A stretch of DNA of 64,000 nucleotides, taken from the IMG/VR virus record IMGVR_UViG_3300036823_000383, positions 1-64,000 of that record; one strand, given 5' to 3'. The notes beneath the pieces are model-generated. The model was given only the letters and a program-made list of their open reading frames with translations. It did not search any database and had not been told where the DNA came from. Positions within the stretch are counted from its first letter, which is position 1. The number at the start of each line of letters is the position of its first letter. The translations under genes and the position numbers were made by a program. Origin of the DNA: a virus. Below are positions 35,714-45,701 of this stretch, piece after piece.

Positions 35714-37486
35714 TTACGCGCCGACCTTGACGTCGTCGCTTGCGCTATCGACTTCGATCACGTCGCTGTTCACGCCGATGACGTCGGTGGTGTTGCTGGT
35801 CGGGATCGGGAACGTCTGGACTTCGACGCTGTAGGTGCCGTTGACGTCGCTGCGCGTTGAGGACCCCGTGGTGCGGCACAGGAGAGTCGTCGTTCCGAGC
35901 GAGAAAATTGCCCCCGGCATCGACGGAATCCCGGTGATCGTGGTCGCCGCGCCTCCAGGATCTTGCAGGACTGCGTTTGCGCCGCCCTTCCTGCTGAACC
36001 ATTGCACGTGCTCGTACAGGTAGTAGTCGGTGCCGGAATTGGCATACATCCAGAAGCGAACGCGCGTTATCGCGTTGTCGGCTAACGGGACCGTCGCGAG
36101 CGTGATCGGGGACAGCGACGCGACGGCGAACGGACCGGCAAAAGTCAGCTTGGTGAGCGGCGTCGTGTTGTCGAAGAAGAGATTGATTCCGTTCGCGCCG
36201 TCGCAGAGCAAACCAACGAGCGCCGTCAGGATGTCCTCGACGGTGGCGCCGTTCAGGTGAAACTTCGGAACCGGAGTGCCGCCGTGGAAGGCGTGCTGCA
36301 CCTCGCCTTCGTTGTCCGGCGTGACGGCGTACGCGGTGCTACTCGAGCCGTCCGAGTGGAGCGTCCCGAGAGCCAGCGTTCCGTCGCCGTGAATATCGGC
36401 GACGCCACCGAGCACCGTGAGCCCGGTGCCGTCCTTGCCGTAGAGCATCGACGCGGCCGCGATGCCCTGCGTTGCAGGGACCCAGTCGCCGAAGTCGGCG
36501 TCCCACACGATCATCTCGTCGGCGTAAGTGCCCGACCCGATGAGGTCCTTCAGCTTCGGGCGAGGGTGCACGTGCGCGGCATCAGCCGCCTTCCCGCTTG
36601 CGCCCGCGGCGGCGCTGGCGGCGAGCGCTTGGATGTCGCCGACCAACCCCGCGGTGACGGTGATCGTTCGGTTCGCAGAGAGGTCGCCTCCGCCCGTCGC
36701 GAGGCCTGCGGCGCTGACCGTTCGCGTCGTCGGCGGCGCCCCGACCTGCGTCGCGGTGTAGTCCCCTGTCTGCGCCGTGACGCCGCCGACGCGCCCGAAC
36801 ACGGACGAGACGGGCGAAGAAATGCCGGGCAGGTGCGAGATGCCGAGGACGCCCGTGACCGCGCTGTCGTCGGCGAGGTTGATGGCGCCGGCCTTGCCGA
36901 GCTTCCCGCTTGTGCCGTTGAACAGCACTGGGCGTCCGTCGACCGAGCTGCTCGGTCCGGAAAAGTCTCCGCCGCCTACTGGCGCGCCGTTGCTCCCGGG
37001 GACGCCGGGCCCGCACATGGTGAGATTGCCCGCGCCATCGACGGTTCCGACGGGGAAGTCGCCAGCTGAATAGGAGCCAACTCGTTCGCAGCGCCCCGTC
37101 GTCGGGCCGACGCGGACGAGCCCGTTGCTGTTCGCGGCAAGCCCAGTGACGGACGCCGGCAGCACGCCGAGCAGGGCGCAGAATCCCGAGGTCCCGCGAA
37201 GAGTCGCCTGCAGCAAGACGCCGTAGACGCTGCCTGCGTTCGAGAGAGACTCGGTGAGCGCGCGCTTCACGGTCGGCGCGGCCGGCGGTACGGGTCCGTT
37301 TTGCCCGACGACGACAACGTCACCGAGGGCGCCGTCCTGCGCGTCGTCGGCGGCGAGGATCACCTGCGTTGCGACCACGCCTCCGAGCAGCGCGATCCGC
37401 TCGCGGCGGTCGTACTCGTCGAGCTGCTGTTGCAGCTTCGCGACGCTCACGTCGCTCACAGCGGCTGCTCCGTTACCTCGAGCCAC
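35714..37486 (-). CDS. Tail fibre protein
   Basis: GP.SS.D..FNGTSGK, VSSVFGR.G.VTAQ.GDY, GL.TGGGDLSANRT, A..DAAHVHP fibre motifs. Confidence 0.8.
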   Translation of the reverse strand: MARGNGAAAVSDVSVAKLQQQLDEYDRRERIALLGGVVATQVILAADDAQDGALGDVVVVGQNGPVPPAAPTVKRALTESLSNAGSVYGVLLQATLRGTSGFCALLGVLPASVTGLAANSNGLVRVGPTTGRCERVGSYSAGDFPVGTVDGAGNLTMCGPGVPGSNGAPVGGGDFSGPSSSVDGRPVLFNGTSGKLGKAGAINLADDSAVTGVLGISHLPGISSPVSSVFGRVGGVTAQTGDYTATQVGAPPTTRTVSAAGLATGGGDLSANRTITVTAGLVGDIQALAASAAAGASGKAADAAHVHPRPKLKDLIGSGTYADEMIVWDADFGDWVPATQGIAAASMLYGKDGTGLTVLGGVADIHGDGTLALGTLHSDGSSSTAYAVTPDNEGEVQHAFHGGTPVPKFHLNGATVEDILTALVGLLCDGANGINLFFDNTTPLTKLTFAGPFAVASLSPITLATVPLADNAITRVRFWMYANSGTDYYLYEHVQWFSRKGGANAVLQDPGGAATTITGIPSMPGAIFSLGTTTLLCRTTGSSTRSDVNGTYSVEVQTFPIPTSNTTDVIGVNSDVIEVDSASDDVKVGA

Positions 37487-38322
37487 GCGTCGTACAAGTA
37501 AAACCCAGCCTGCTGCTGGTTCAGCTTCACCGCGATCGCGCCGCTGTTCACCTCGATGGACGGCAGCCAGTCCGTGTCAGCGACCTGCGTGCCGCCGGTG
37601 GACTTCGACGTGATGATGGCGCTCGCACTCGCCGCGACCGTGCCACCAGAATCCGTTGTGAAACGCCGCTTGATCGCCCAGATCGACTCACCGCCTCCGG
37701 ACTTCACGGCCGACACGTTCAGGCTCGCGATGCATGTGCGGCTCTTCGTCGGGACGATGGGGCCGACGAACGAGATGCCGACGGCGACCGTCGAGCCGTG
37801 CGCGAACTTCTTCCGCACCGGAAACGAGTTCTGCACCTGCGCGTCGAGCGTGCGATTCCAGCCGACCGCCTCGAACTCGCCGCGCTCGCCTGGAATGGTC
37901 TCCCGGTACGAATCGGGGAAGGCGTTCAGCGCGATCCCGCGTTCGAAGACGATCTCACCCGAGTCCGTGAGCGCGCGGCAGCGGCAGATCCAAGACGCCG
38001 CGCCACCGCCCGGGAGACCCGTGCCCGGCGGCATCGGTAGGTGGACAACGTCCTGGGGACCAGCGGGCGTGACCCTCGTCGCGCCCGACTCGGTGAACAG
38101 CAACGCCGTCGGCCACCACTCGCGCGCCGACTTGGATGCGAGCGGCGAGCTTGGGTCGGATGCGTCGTAGAGCTCGTACGTCACCGATGTGACTCCGGCA
38201 GCTGGGTTCGTCTCGAGCGTGAGCGCGAGCGTATCTCCAGATCTGGAGCGGTAGATCCGGTCGCCGCTGACGGGGTCCTCGCTCGGCGTACCTTGGATCG
38301 TGAAGGCGGCGAGGTTGTCCAC
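37456..38322 (-). CDS. Putative tail/structural protein
   Basis: Position in the fibre cluster; GTG start defined by the late motif. Confidence 0.65.
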   Translation of the reverse strand: MDNLAAFTIQGTPSEDPVSGDRIYRSRSGDTLALTLETNPAAGVTSVTYELYDASDPSSPLASKSAREWWPTALLFTESGATRVTPAGPQDVVHLPMPPGTGLPGGGAASWICRCRALTDSGEIVFERGIALNAFPDSYRETIPGERGEFEAVGWNRTLDAQVQNSFPVRKKFAHGSTVAVGISFVGPIVPTKSRTCIASLNVSAVKSGGGESIWAIKRRFTTDSGGTVAASASAIITSKSTGGTQVADTDWLPSIEVNSGAIAVKLNQQQAGFYLYDAWLEVTEQPL

Positions 38323-38356
38323 GCGCCGCCCCCTACACCGGCATCTTCGCTTCTTG

Positions 38357-38740
38357 CTAGGCGGTGGGCCCGCGCCTCCGCGGCGCCTCCTCGAGCGAGT
38401 CACCGGCGACGTTGAACGTCAGCGCGCCGAAGGCCCGGTTGTGCCCGAGCTCCCTGACCATGACCATGTGAGCGCCCCCCGAGATCGGGATGACGACGAG
38501 CTGATCGAGGCGCGCTCGGGTGAGTACCTGCCGCCGGTACCCGTCGACGGTCGGTGCCTGGACGAGCACTTCGAGCGGGAGCACGACGCCGCCGTCGGCA
38601 TCCGCGCTGGAGTAGTCGACGTTCACGATGCACGCGACGCCGGCGGCCGGGCTCTGCGTCGTGACGTCGAGCGACAGCTTAAAGCGGTTCGTCCCGACAT
38701 TGTCGGGCGAGAAGTCCGCGAGAAAGGGCTGGTCGCTCAT
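38357..38740 (-). CDS. Hypothetical tail-region protein
   Basis: ATGA-coupled. Confidence 0.6.
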   Translation of the reverse strand: MSDQPFLADFSPDNVGTNRFKLSLDVTTQSPAAGVACIVNVDYSSADADGGVVLPLEVLVQAPTVDGYRRQVLTRARLDQLVVIPISGGAHMVMVRELGHNRAFGALTFNVAGDSLEEAPRRRGPTA

Positions 38741-39858
38741 TCGGTTGTCACGTCGAAGTGGGCGTACACCGAGCCGCCGCCGGGAGTCATCATGGCGAGC
38801 ATGTAGTGGCCGGCGCGCGACAGGGTGAGCTTGCAGACGCCGGAGAGACCTAGGTCCGGGAAGACGGGCAGCTCCATCGAGGAGCCGTCGAGCGGCCATT
38901 CGACGTACCAAGGCACGTAAGCGGCAGTCGAGATTTGCGGGTCGACGCCGGCGCCGGCGCTCTCGACGGCCTCGACGACGACGCTCACCGGGAAGCGAGC
39001 GTCGATCCGGAGCGACCGCAGCGGGTGTCCCGCGGCTGCATTCAGACGCGTCAGGCGGTCGCCGTCAGGCGGGTCCTGCCAGTCGACGACATCCGGCGCG
39101 ACGAAGCGCTCGATCGTCGGCGCGAGCCCGAACAGCGGAGGTAGAGTGCTCTCGAGCCACGCCACCTCGGTGTCAGTGAGCCTCCTGGTGAAGAACAGGG
39201 CTCGGCCGACGGTGCCGCCGAAGGAAGTCAGTCCTCCGCCGAAGAGCTTCGTTCCCGAACCGAGGAAGTCTGTCGGCGTGTAAGCCGCGGAGAAGAGCGC
39301 GGCGCAGTTCTTCCGCCAGTCGACCGTCGGCGACGCGAGAGCTGTGGCCTTGCCGAACCGCACGACGTGGAGCTGCGGACCGTCCGACGTGGGCGGCCCG
39401 CTCCCGCCTCCGCCGATGTCGGACCAGGACACGTTCCCAGCCCCGTTGTTCAGCTTCACTTGGAGCAGGCCGTCGTAGAACACGAGCTTCGGCTGAACGC
39501 CCGTGAACGTTCCATCCACGATGAAGACCAGCGTGTACTCGCCGGCCACGACGCCCGGGAGCGGAGCGAGCGTCGTCGGAGAAAGGTCGCTCGCTGTCGT
39601 GAGGACGAGCCCGCCCGCGCCGCCGAATGCCGACGGATCCGCGGCGATTGCAGCCCCCTCGACGACCGCGTTCCACCACGTGTGGACGGAGTCGCCGTTC
39701 TGGAATCGGCGTAGAGAAGACGGCGCGCGGTTCACCACGTCGACGACCACGCCCGCCGCAGTCCTCACGTCACCTGAGCTCGTGCGGGCGTCGAACGACA
39801 AGAGGCACGCCGGCATGTCCTCCGGCGAGGTGATGAAGCGCAGGTCGAACGCCGGCAT
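38737..39858 (-). CDS. LamG/concanavalin-like putative receptor-binding protein
   Basis: Beta-rich; FGG.VG....F.R.LTD.E....E pattern. Confidence 0.6.
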   Translation of the reverse strand: MPAFDLRFITSPEDMPACLLSFDARTSSGDVRTAAGVVVDVVNRAPSSLRRFQNGDSVHTWWNAVVEGAAIAADPSAFGGAGGLVLTTASDLSPTTLAPLPGVVAGEYTLVFIVDGTFTGVQPKLVFYDGLLQVKLNNGAGNVSWSDIGGGGSGPPTSDGPQLHVVRFGKATALASPTVDWRKNCAALFSAAYTPTDFLGSGTKLFGGGLTSFGGTVGRALFFTRRLTDTEVAWLESTLPPLFGLAPTIERFVAPDVVDWQDPPDGDRLTRLNAAAGHPLRSLRIDARFPVSVVVEAVESAGAGVDPQISTAAYVPWYVEWPLDGSSMELPVFPDLGLSGVCKLTLSRAGHYMLAMMTPGGGSVYAHFDVTTE

Positions 39859-41066
39859 CAGAGCCCCGCGGCATGCGAGCCGAGCAGCCGGCTCCGGTAC
39901 AGCTGCCCGTTCATGCCGAAGAAGAGGCGCCCCTTGATCGCGCGAACGCAGAACGACGACAGCGCGGCGACGGTGGGCGAGGACCGGTAGATCCGCGTCG
40001 CGAGGATCCACGTCGCGCCGCGATCGATCGAGAAGTAGATCTGCCCGAGAGGGAAGGACGCGACGAAGACGCCGTAAAGCGCGGTGAGGCACCGAGGGGA
40101 GGCCAAGGTGAGAGTGTTTCCAGATGGCCTTGCCGTGCCTGTCACCCAAACGTCGCCGTCGATCGACGTGGCGATGAAGTTGCCGACGCCGGCCGTCGAG
40201 ACCGCCAAGAACACGCCATCTCCGAACGTGTGCGTGTATGCGCCGGCCGTGAATGTCGTCGTGCTAGCGGTCCACGTGACGCCGTCGTCGGAATAGGCGA
40301 GCTTCGTCTGCGCTATCCAGCTCGCGACGAGCCGTCCATTCGATCGCTGCGAAATCTTCAGGCCGGCATTGGACCCGGTGATGGCGGCCGGCGGCGTGCG
40401 CTGCGTGGCTACCGGCGTCGCAGTGTTCGTGAGCGTAGCGATGTACGGGGTCGACGACGTCTTGCCGATCGCTACGAACAGGTCGTGCACCTGGTCATAG
40501 AAGATCGCGTCGATGGACGTCGGGCTCCCAGGGAGCGTGACGGTGGCGCCGGTGATGGCGAGCGACGACGACGTCCCGGATCGGAGATCGGCGGACCTCA
40601 TCGAGCCGTCCGAGGCACCGAACAACGTGATGATGTCGCTCGATGCGCAGCACTGGAAGTTGTGTGACCCGAACCCCGACGTGGTCGGGTCCTGCCACGA
40701 CGCGCCGCCGTCGGTCGACAGCTTCACCTCACCAGCGGCAGACGAATCGACGAGCGCCATGAAGCCGTCACCCTGCGAGCAGACGTCGTCCGGCTGGCTT
40801 CCGACGGTGGAGTCGGTGGACGCGGGGATGAGATCCATCGCAGCGCCGAGCCACTTCGCTCCGAACGTCGAGAAGAAAGCGTCCTCGTTCCGGTCCGAGA
40901 CGGCGAGCCCGCCTCCTGAGATTCGGATCGGAGCGATCGGCGAAACCTTGCCACCCGCGTAGCCGTCTACGGCCCGTGATATGTTCAGGTCGATCTGCGT
41001 GAAGGTCGCCCCGGTGATCCTCACGTTGTCGCCGATGCCCGTCGGCCAGACGCGTGCGAAGGTCAT
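39858..41066 (-). CDS. Tail protein with Asp-box (BNR) beta-propeller
   Basis: STDGGASW, SDDGVTW, SIDGDVW, SIDRGATW. Confidence 0.75.
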   Translation of the reverse strand: MTFARVWPTGIGDNVRITGATFTQIDLNISRAVDGYAGGKVSPIAPIRISGGGLAVSDRNEDAFFSTFGAKWLGAAMDLIPASTDSTVGSQPDDVCSQGDGFMALVDSSAAGEVKLSTDGGASWQDPTTSGFGSHNFQCCASSDIITLFGASDGSMRSADLRSGTSSSLAITGATVTLPGSPTSIDAIFYDQVHDLFVAIGKTSSTPYIATLTNTATPVATQRTPPAAITGSNAGLKISQRSNGRLVASWIAQTKLAYSDDGVTWTASTTTFTAGAYTHTFGDGVFLAVSTAGVGNFIATSIDGDVWVTGTARPSGNTLTLASPRCLTALYGVFVASFPLGQIYFSIDRGATWILATRIYRSSPTVAALSSFCVRAIKGRLFFGMNGQLYRSRLLGSHAAGL

Positions 41067-41785
41067 GAGTCCGTTACTCCTGCGCACCCTGTCAGGGAGC
41101 TCGTTGTGAAAAACCCCACCTCGGTGATCACCGATCCTTCGGCCCACGCGGGCAGAGCATCGGCCAGGATTTCCTCGCCGCGTCGGATGAGCGAGAGCTC
41201 TTTCGAGCCCGGGGGGATCCCCGCTCCGATGTCGAGGACAGCGACCACGATGTCGCGGTCGCTAAAGTTCGGGTAGTCGGACCAGGTTCGCTCGCCGCTG
41301 ACGCCGCGCGAGAAAGGGTCGGCGCCGGGCACGTACGGAGCGAAGGCGCGACCCATGAGCGTCACGCGACTAGTGGACCACGGCGTGTCCAAGACGGAGA
41401 AGCGCGCATCGAGCGCGCGCAGCGTGGCGGTGAGGATCGGTATCTCGGACGACTGCACGTCGACCCACCTGCTCGAAGCGTCCGCTCGGCGCTGGACGTC
41501 GGTCTCGTCGACCGACGGCACGATGCCGAGGATGTCCTCGTAGGCCGGGAGCGCGTCTTGGGCGAGACTCGGAAAGGCCTGGAGCGCGGCGCGCTCGTCG
41601 AACGCGGCCGACGCCGCGAGCCCGATCGACATCGAGATGAGTCGGAGCGCGTCGATGCTGTCTTCGTCCTCGGAGGTGCCGCCGTCGCCGAGCGCGCTTC
41701 GCAGCGCTTTGTAGCTTTTCTCGACCGGCGAGTCGTCGCCGCCGAGGTCGACCGGCATCATCGACGGCCAACCGAGCCCGCTCAC
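41063..41785 (-). CDS. Baseplate wedge protein (P2 gpI/Mu gp48-like)
   Basis: P..A.D.L..YE.ILGI.P...RR and C-terminal LPAW; downstream of baseplate J. Confidence 0.65.
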   Translation of the reverse strand: MSGLGWPSMMPVDLGGDDSPVEKSYKALRSALGDGGTSEDEDSIDALRLISMSIGLAASAAFDERAALQAFPSLAQDALPAYEDILGIVPSVDETDVQRRADASSRWVDVQSSEIPILTATLRALDARFSVLDTPWSTSRVTLMGRAFAPYVPGADPFSRGVSGERTWSDYPNFSDRDIVVAVLDIGAGIPPGSKELSLIRRGEEILADALPAWAEGSVITEVGFFTTSSLTGCAGVTDS

Positions 41786-42279
41786 AGGATCACCACGAGC
41801 ACGGCGCCGTCGACGGCCGCGAACGTGCCTCCGCCGAACTCCTTCAGGGCGATCGAGATGGTCGACCCCGACACGGATGCTGCGGCGTCGCGCACCGTCG
41901 TGCGGTTCACTGGGAAGGCGAGAGCGCACACGATCGACGTGGACTGCTGGACGCCGTTCTCGTCGGGGTAGCTGGAAGCGTACTGGAGAGAAAGGGCTCC
42001 GACGCCGGTCCGCCCCGGGATTGGCGGTAGATACGGCGCGCCGGTCTTGGTGTTCGGGTTCCAGCTCTCGGCGCGCGCGGAGATGACCGGCGTCACGCCG
42101 CCGGTCGAGTCGATCAGCGCCCACGCGCGAAAGCTGGTGAGTCCCAAGCCCGCGAGCTGGAACCTCACGAGGTTCAGCATATCGGCGCCGATCTGCGTCT
42201 CGGGGTTCGTGACGGGCTTCTGGTCGCGCAGCTGCGGTCCAAAGCTGTCGAGGCTCGGGCGTCGAGGAGAACCGCTCAT
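41782..42279 (-). CDS. Hypothetical baseplate-region protein
   Basis: Coupled at both ends. Confidence 0.6.
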   Translation of the reverse strand: MSGSPRRPSLDSFGPQLRDQKPVTNPETQIGADMLNLVRFQLAGLGLTSFRAWALIDSTGGVTPVISARAESWNPNTKTGAPYLPPIPGRTGVGALSLQYASSYPDENGVQQSTSIVCALAFPVNRTTVRDAAASVSGSTISIALKEFGGGTFAAVDGAVLVVIL

Positions 42280-43853
42280 TGCGCGTAGACTCCGAAGTCG
42301 TTGAGGGTCAGCAGCCGAGGGCCTTCCTGCGAGATGTCAGGAGGGAGCGTCGGTGTCGTGTGGCTCACGAAGCGCAGGGACACACCCGAGAGCGCGCGCC
42401 CGAGCGCGTCGAAGAGGCTCGTACCGATCGACTCGCCAGCCTCGTAGGGGAACTCGTCCGCGGGCTCGGGCCACCGGTATGCGCGGCCCGCGCGCGGGCT
42501 CGTGGCAAGGTCGATCATCTCGCCAGGTCCGAGCGAATCGAAGTACGACTCGGCGGCTTCGGCGATCGACTCCAGCAACGGCGTGTAGGGGCAGACCACG
42601 CTGTTGACCGTGAGCGTTGCCGGGGCGTTGTCGCTGAGCTGCACGACGTACTCGGTTCCCGACACCAAGGTCACGCTGGCGACGAGCGGGAGCTTTTCGA
42701 AGCGGCTCGTTGTCGCGTTCCACACCATCATCGCCGGGCCGACGCCGGTCGACGGAACGACTGCGCTGTTCACGTGGAAGTGGGTCGCGTCCGGCAGTGA
42801 AGTGACTCGGCAGAACGCGTCGACGGACGTGTCCGTCCCGATCGGTGATGGCCACGGTGTGGCGTCCGCCCATCCACCGGTGGTCTTCGTGCGCATCTTG
42901 AGCGCCATCGACATGCTGATCGGGTCGGATACAGCGGCGTGCAGCAGCACGTATGGGCGCGCCGGGACGACCGGGGACGAGGGGGGCGTCAGGTAGTTCC
43001 GCGCCAGCGTCAGGACGGCGTTGGCGGAGTCCACGCGGGCAGTCGGCCCTTGGGTGCTGCGTTTCCCGACAATGACGACGCACACGGAGCCGGCGTTGAA
43101 GAGACACGGGTAGACGAAGGCCGTCCGGATCGCCGTCGAGACGCCGCGTGCCCACGCGCGGAACTGCGCGCGGTTCCCGCTCGCCGGCTTCCTGCGGATG
43201 CGGTCCAGCAGCCGATCGAGCACGTCCGCGTCATTCTCCGCATCGAAGCCACCGGCGAAGTCCGTCGAAGTGGTGCCGGTCGGGCCAGCTCCCAAAGGCA
43301 CGTTCGCGCCCTTCGACAGCGTCGTGCCGCTCTCGGGGTTCGTTCCCTTGCCGCCCTTGACGGCGACCATGGTGAGCGTCGCAATGCCGCTCACAGCGCG
43401 GACGGTCGAGCTCGCCTGGTAGGTGTTGCCCTGTGGGTCGGTCGCGGTGAAGACCGCCGGGTCGCCGAGCAGCGTGGACCCGACGAAGATCGACCCAGTC
43501 GTAGCAGGCCAGCTCACCTGACCCGCGCCGCTAGATGCCGGCAGCGGGGTTACGTCCCACTCGGCGCAGTGGAACCCGCGTAACCAAGTCGATGTTGCCG
43601 ACGAGGGGTTCGTCTGCTGCGCCGTGAAGCGCGCGCGCTGCTGCCCTGACTGCAGCCCGAGATCGAGCGCGTCGAAACGCAGGTAGTCTCGGCTGCCATC
43701 CTGCGTCGCCTGACGGATCTCCTCCTCGGTGAAGAAGTCCTTCGTGTCGGGATTGACGAGCCGCCTAAGGCCGTTGCGGAAGTTCGCGAGCATCTCGTCG
43801 CGGAGTACTCCGCGCGCGAAGGTAACGAAGGCTGGCTCGCTCGGCGTGGTCAT
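42276..43853 (-). CDS. Baseplate J-like protein
   Basis: A...G..TN, GGFDAE.D..L..RL...PASGN..F..WA..AFVYP..GSV.V. Confidence 0.88.
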   Translation of the reverse strand: MTTPSEPAFVTFARGVLRDEMLANFRNGLRRLVNPDTKDFFTEEEIRQATQDGSRDYLRFDALDLGLQSGQQRARFTAQQTNPSSATSTWLRGFHCAEWDVTPLPASSGAGQVSWPATTGSIFVGSTLLGDPAVFTATDPQGNTYQASSTVRAVSGIATLTMVAVKGGKGTNPESGTTLSKGANVPLGAGPTGTTSTDFAGGFDAENDADVLDRLLDRIRRKPASGNRAQFRAWARGVSTAIRTAFVYPCLFNAGSVCVVIVGKRSTQGPTARVDSANAVLTLARNYLTPPSSPVVPARPYVLLHAAVSDPISMSMALKMRTKTTGGWADATPWPSPIGTDTSVDAFCRVTSLPDATHFHVNSAVVPSTGVGPAMMVWNATTSRFEKLPLVASVTLVSGTEYVVQLSDNAPATLTVNSVVCPYTPLLESIAEAAESYFDSLGPGEMIDLATSPRAGRAYRWPEPADEFPYEAGESIGTSLFDALGRALSGVSLRFVSHTTPTLPPDISQEGPRLLTLNDFGVYAQ

Positions 43854-44323
43854 TGGGCGAGCCTCGACGCAATGTTGGACGGATCCCGAAGGGGTGTGCT
43901 GCGCTCACGGGCCGAATCGGATGCGCGGAGGTTCGTCCACCTCACGGTGACCTCGGCCCAGTCGTCGTCCGAGGCGACGTCGACACCGATGAGCTTGATG
44001 TCGCGGCGGTCGATCAGACGTTTCAGCGCGATCCGTGCCTCGGACTCGAGTCGCCGCGTGGCGCCCTGGTCGAGCTTCCTCACGTCGACGAAGCGCGCTC
44101 CCACCTCCGCGACGCACGCGCCCGACTTCCGAACGGTCGTGAGGGCCGTCAGCACCTGCTCGTCGATCGGGTGCAGGCCCTGGAAAAGGCTCAGCACCTC
44201 GAGCGTGCGCAGGTCGACCAGGTCCGCGAGCACGCCGGGGGGAGCGGTCGGGACGGTGTCCGTCGTCGCCGGCACGAACTGCCCGAGCGGCGAGACTCCG
44301 ATCGGCGGGATGACGAGCGGCAC
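43850..44323 (-). CDS. Baseplate sheath-initiator (gp25/Mu gp46-like)
   Basis: Size, position before baseplate J, G.R..L..EA..AL..LI pattern. Confidence 0.6.
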   Translation of the reverse strand: MPLVIPPIGVSPLGQFVPATTDTVPTAPPGVLADLVDLRTLEVLSLFQGLHPIDEQVLTALTTVRKSGACVAEVGARFVDVRKLDQGATRRLESEARIALKRLIDRRDIKLIGVDVASDDDWAEVTVRWTNLRASDSARERSTPLRDPSNIASRLAQ

Positions 44324-44356
44324 GCGGCCGCCCCTACACCGCCGCGCGCTGCTACG

Positions 44357-45226
44357 TCACGGGCAGGCGAGCGGGCACGAATCGTCGGCCGCCAGCTTGA
44401 CCGCCTCGTAGCGGACCCAGGCCGGATCGGCGATCGGCGCGGTCAGCACCGTCACGGCCGTCGAGGGGGCATGGTCTACGGTGGGTCCCGTTACCACGAG
44501 GCACGCGCTGCGTTCGCACTTCCCGCTGATGTCGGTGGAGAACTGCCGCGCCGAGCTCGAGCTCGTGAATCGCACGCACTGCCGGTACCCGACGTTGAAG
44601 AGGAGGTCCGGCGTGCTGCCGCCGCAGTTCGCGAGCGGCGCGCAAACGGACGGCGCCCCATTGACCTCGCGTTGCTGTGGCTGGCTTGGAAGGACAAGCG
44701 ACTCGTCGTCGGCATACGTGTCCACGACCGTGCTGGCGCATGACTCGTAGCTGTCGCACTTGAATTGCCCGCTCGCAGGGTATCCGGACGGAGCACTGTC
44801 GGCCGTCCACCCGCACGCGCTGTCGCAGTCCTGGCCGGCGGCGCTCGGTGGCTTGCACGCATCATGGCTCGTCGGCTTCGGTAGGGCGCCGCCCGCACCG
44901 CTGTCCTTGGTCGCCTGCCGTCCACCGGCACCAGCGTCCTCGGCGCCCGAGCCTGCGCCGCTGTCGCCGGCAGGAGCGCCGCCGGCGCCACTATCGGCGA
45001 GATCGCCGCCCGCGCCGGGAGGCGGATCATCGGTGTGCGTCGCGCCGCCGGTACCGACGACATCTGCGCGCGCGCCGCCCGCGGCGTCCGCCAGCTCCAT
45101 CGCCGCCGCGCCGCCGCTCGCCGTCGCGTTGCCGGCGTCCTGCTCCGAAGCCGCGGGTGGGCTCCCAGATCCGCAGGCCACGAGGAACCATCCGAGACCG
45201 AGAATCGCTACCGCCCCACGAGTCAT
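44357..45226 (-). CDS. Gly-rich/Cys-rich lipoprotein moron in the baseplate operon
   Basis: MTRGAVAILGLGWFLVAC, DAG/GAGG linker, Cys-rich domain. Confidence 0.75.
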   Translation of the reverse strand: MTRGAVAILGLGWFLVACGSGSPPAASEQDAGNATASGGAAAMELADAAGGARADVVGTGGATHTDDPPPGAGGDLADSGAGGAPAGDSGAGSGAEDAGAGGRQATKDSGAGGALPKPTSHDACKPPSAAGQDCDSACGWTADSAPSGYPASGQFKCDSYESCASTVVDTYADDESLVLPSQPQQREVNGAPSVCAPLANCGGSTPDLLFNVGYRQCVRFTSSSSARQFSTDISGKCERSACLVVTGPTVDHAPSTAVTVLTAPIADPAWVRYEAVKLAADDSCPLACP

Positions 45227-45342
45227 TTGTATCAAGCCTGAATGCGGCAACCGAGGCTGTCGATACTGCTCGCGCGGTCACCGCCAGAGAGGGAGCCTCA
45301 AACGCGTGACTTCACGCGTGAAAGTGACGACCATGATCGGTC

Positions 45343-45696
45343 ATGACCAGAACGAAGCGAGCGTTACTTGGAGCCGCCGGCGGGCTCGGCGCGTGGTTCC
45401 TTGTCGTGAAGGTGTTCGGATTCGGACAGGCGGACGCCTACGTCGAGTGCGTGCAGACACTTGCTGGGCTTAGCTGCACCGTGACCCACCGTGCCGGACG
45501 ATCATCGGCGAAGGTTTGTTGGGACGTCGTGTCGACTTGTGCGAACGGCGTCGTTGCGACGGGATCCGGGTGTGGCTCGGTCACTCCCGAAGCCAAGACG
45601 GTCGTCATTATCCCATGGTCTGAGGTTCGGAACTGGAGCGCCTGCGACGCGGTTCGCTCGGTGTCCATGACGAATATGAAGGTCGAGCTTCAGTAG
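45343..45696 (+). CDS. Small exported/membrane protein (inverted moron)
   Basis: N-terminal hydrophobic helix, six Cys, opposite strand to the tail operon. Confidence 0.65.
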   Translation: MTRTKRALLGAAGGLGAWFLVVKVFGFGQADAYVECVQTLAGLSCTVTHRAGRSSAKVCWDVVSTCANGVVATGSGCGSVTPEAKTVVIIPWSEVRNWSACDAVRSVSMTNMKVELQ

Positions 45697-45701
45697 ACCT
45701 T

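Noticed and set aside
33316-41066. Invertible tail-fibre cassette
   Set aside because: No serine invertase, no opposite-strand fibre halves, no flanking inverted repeats noticed
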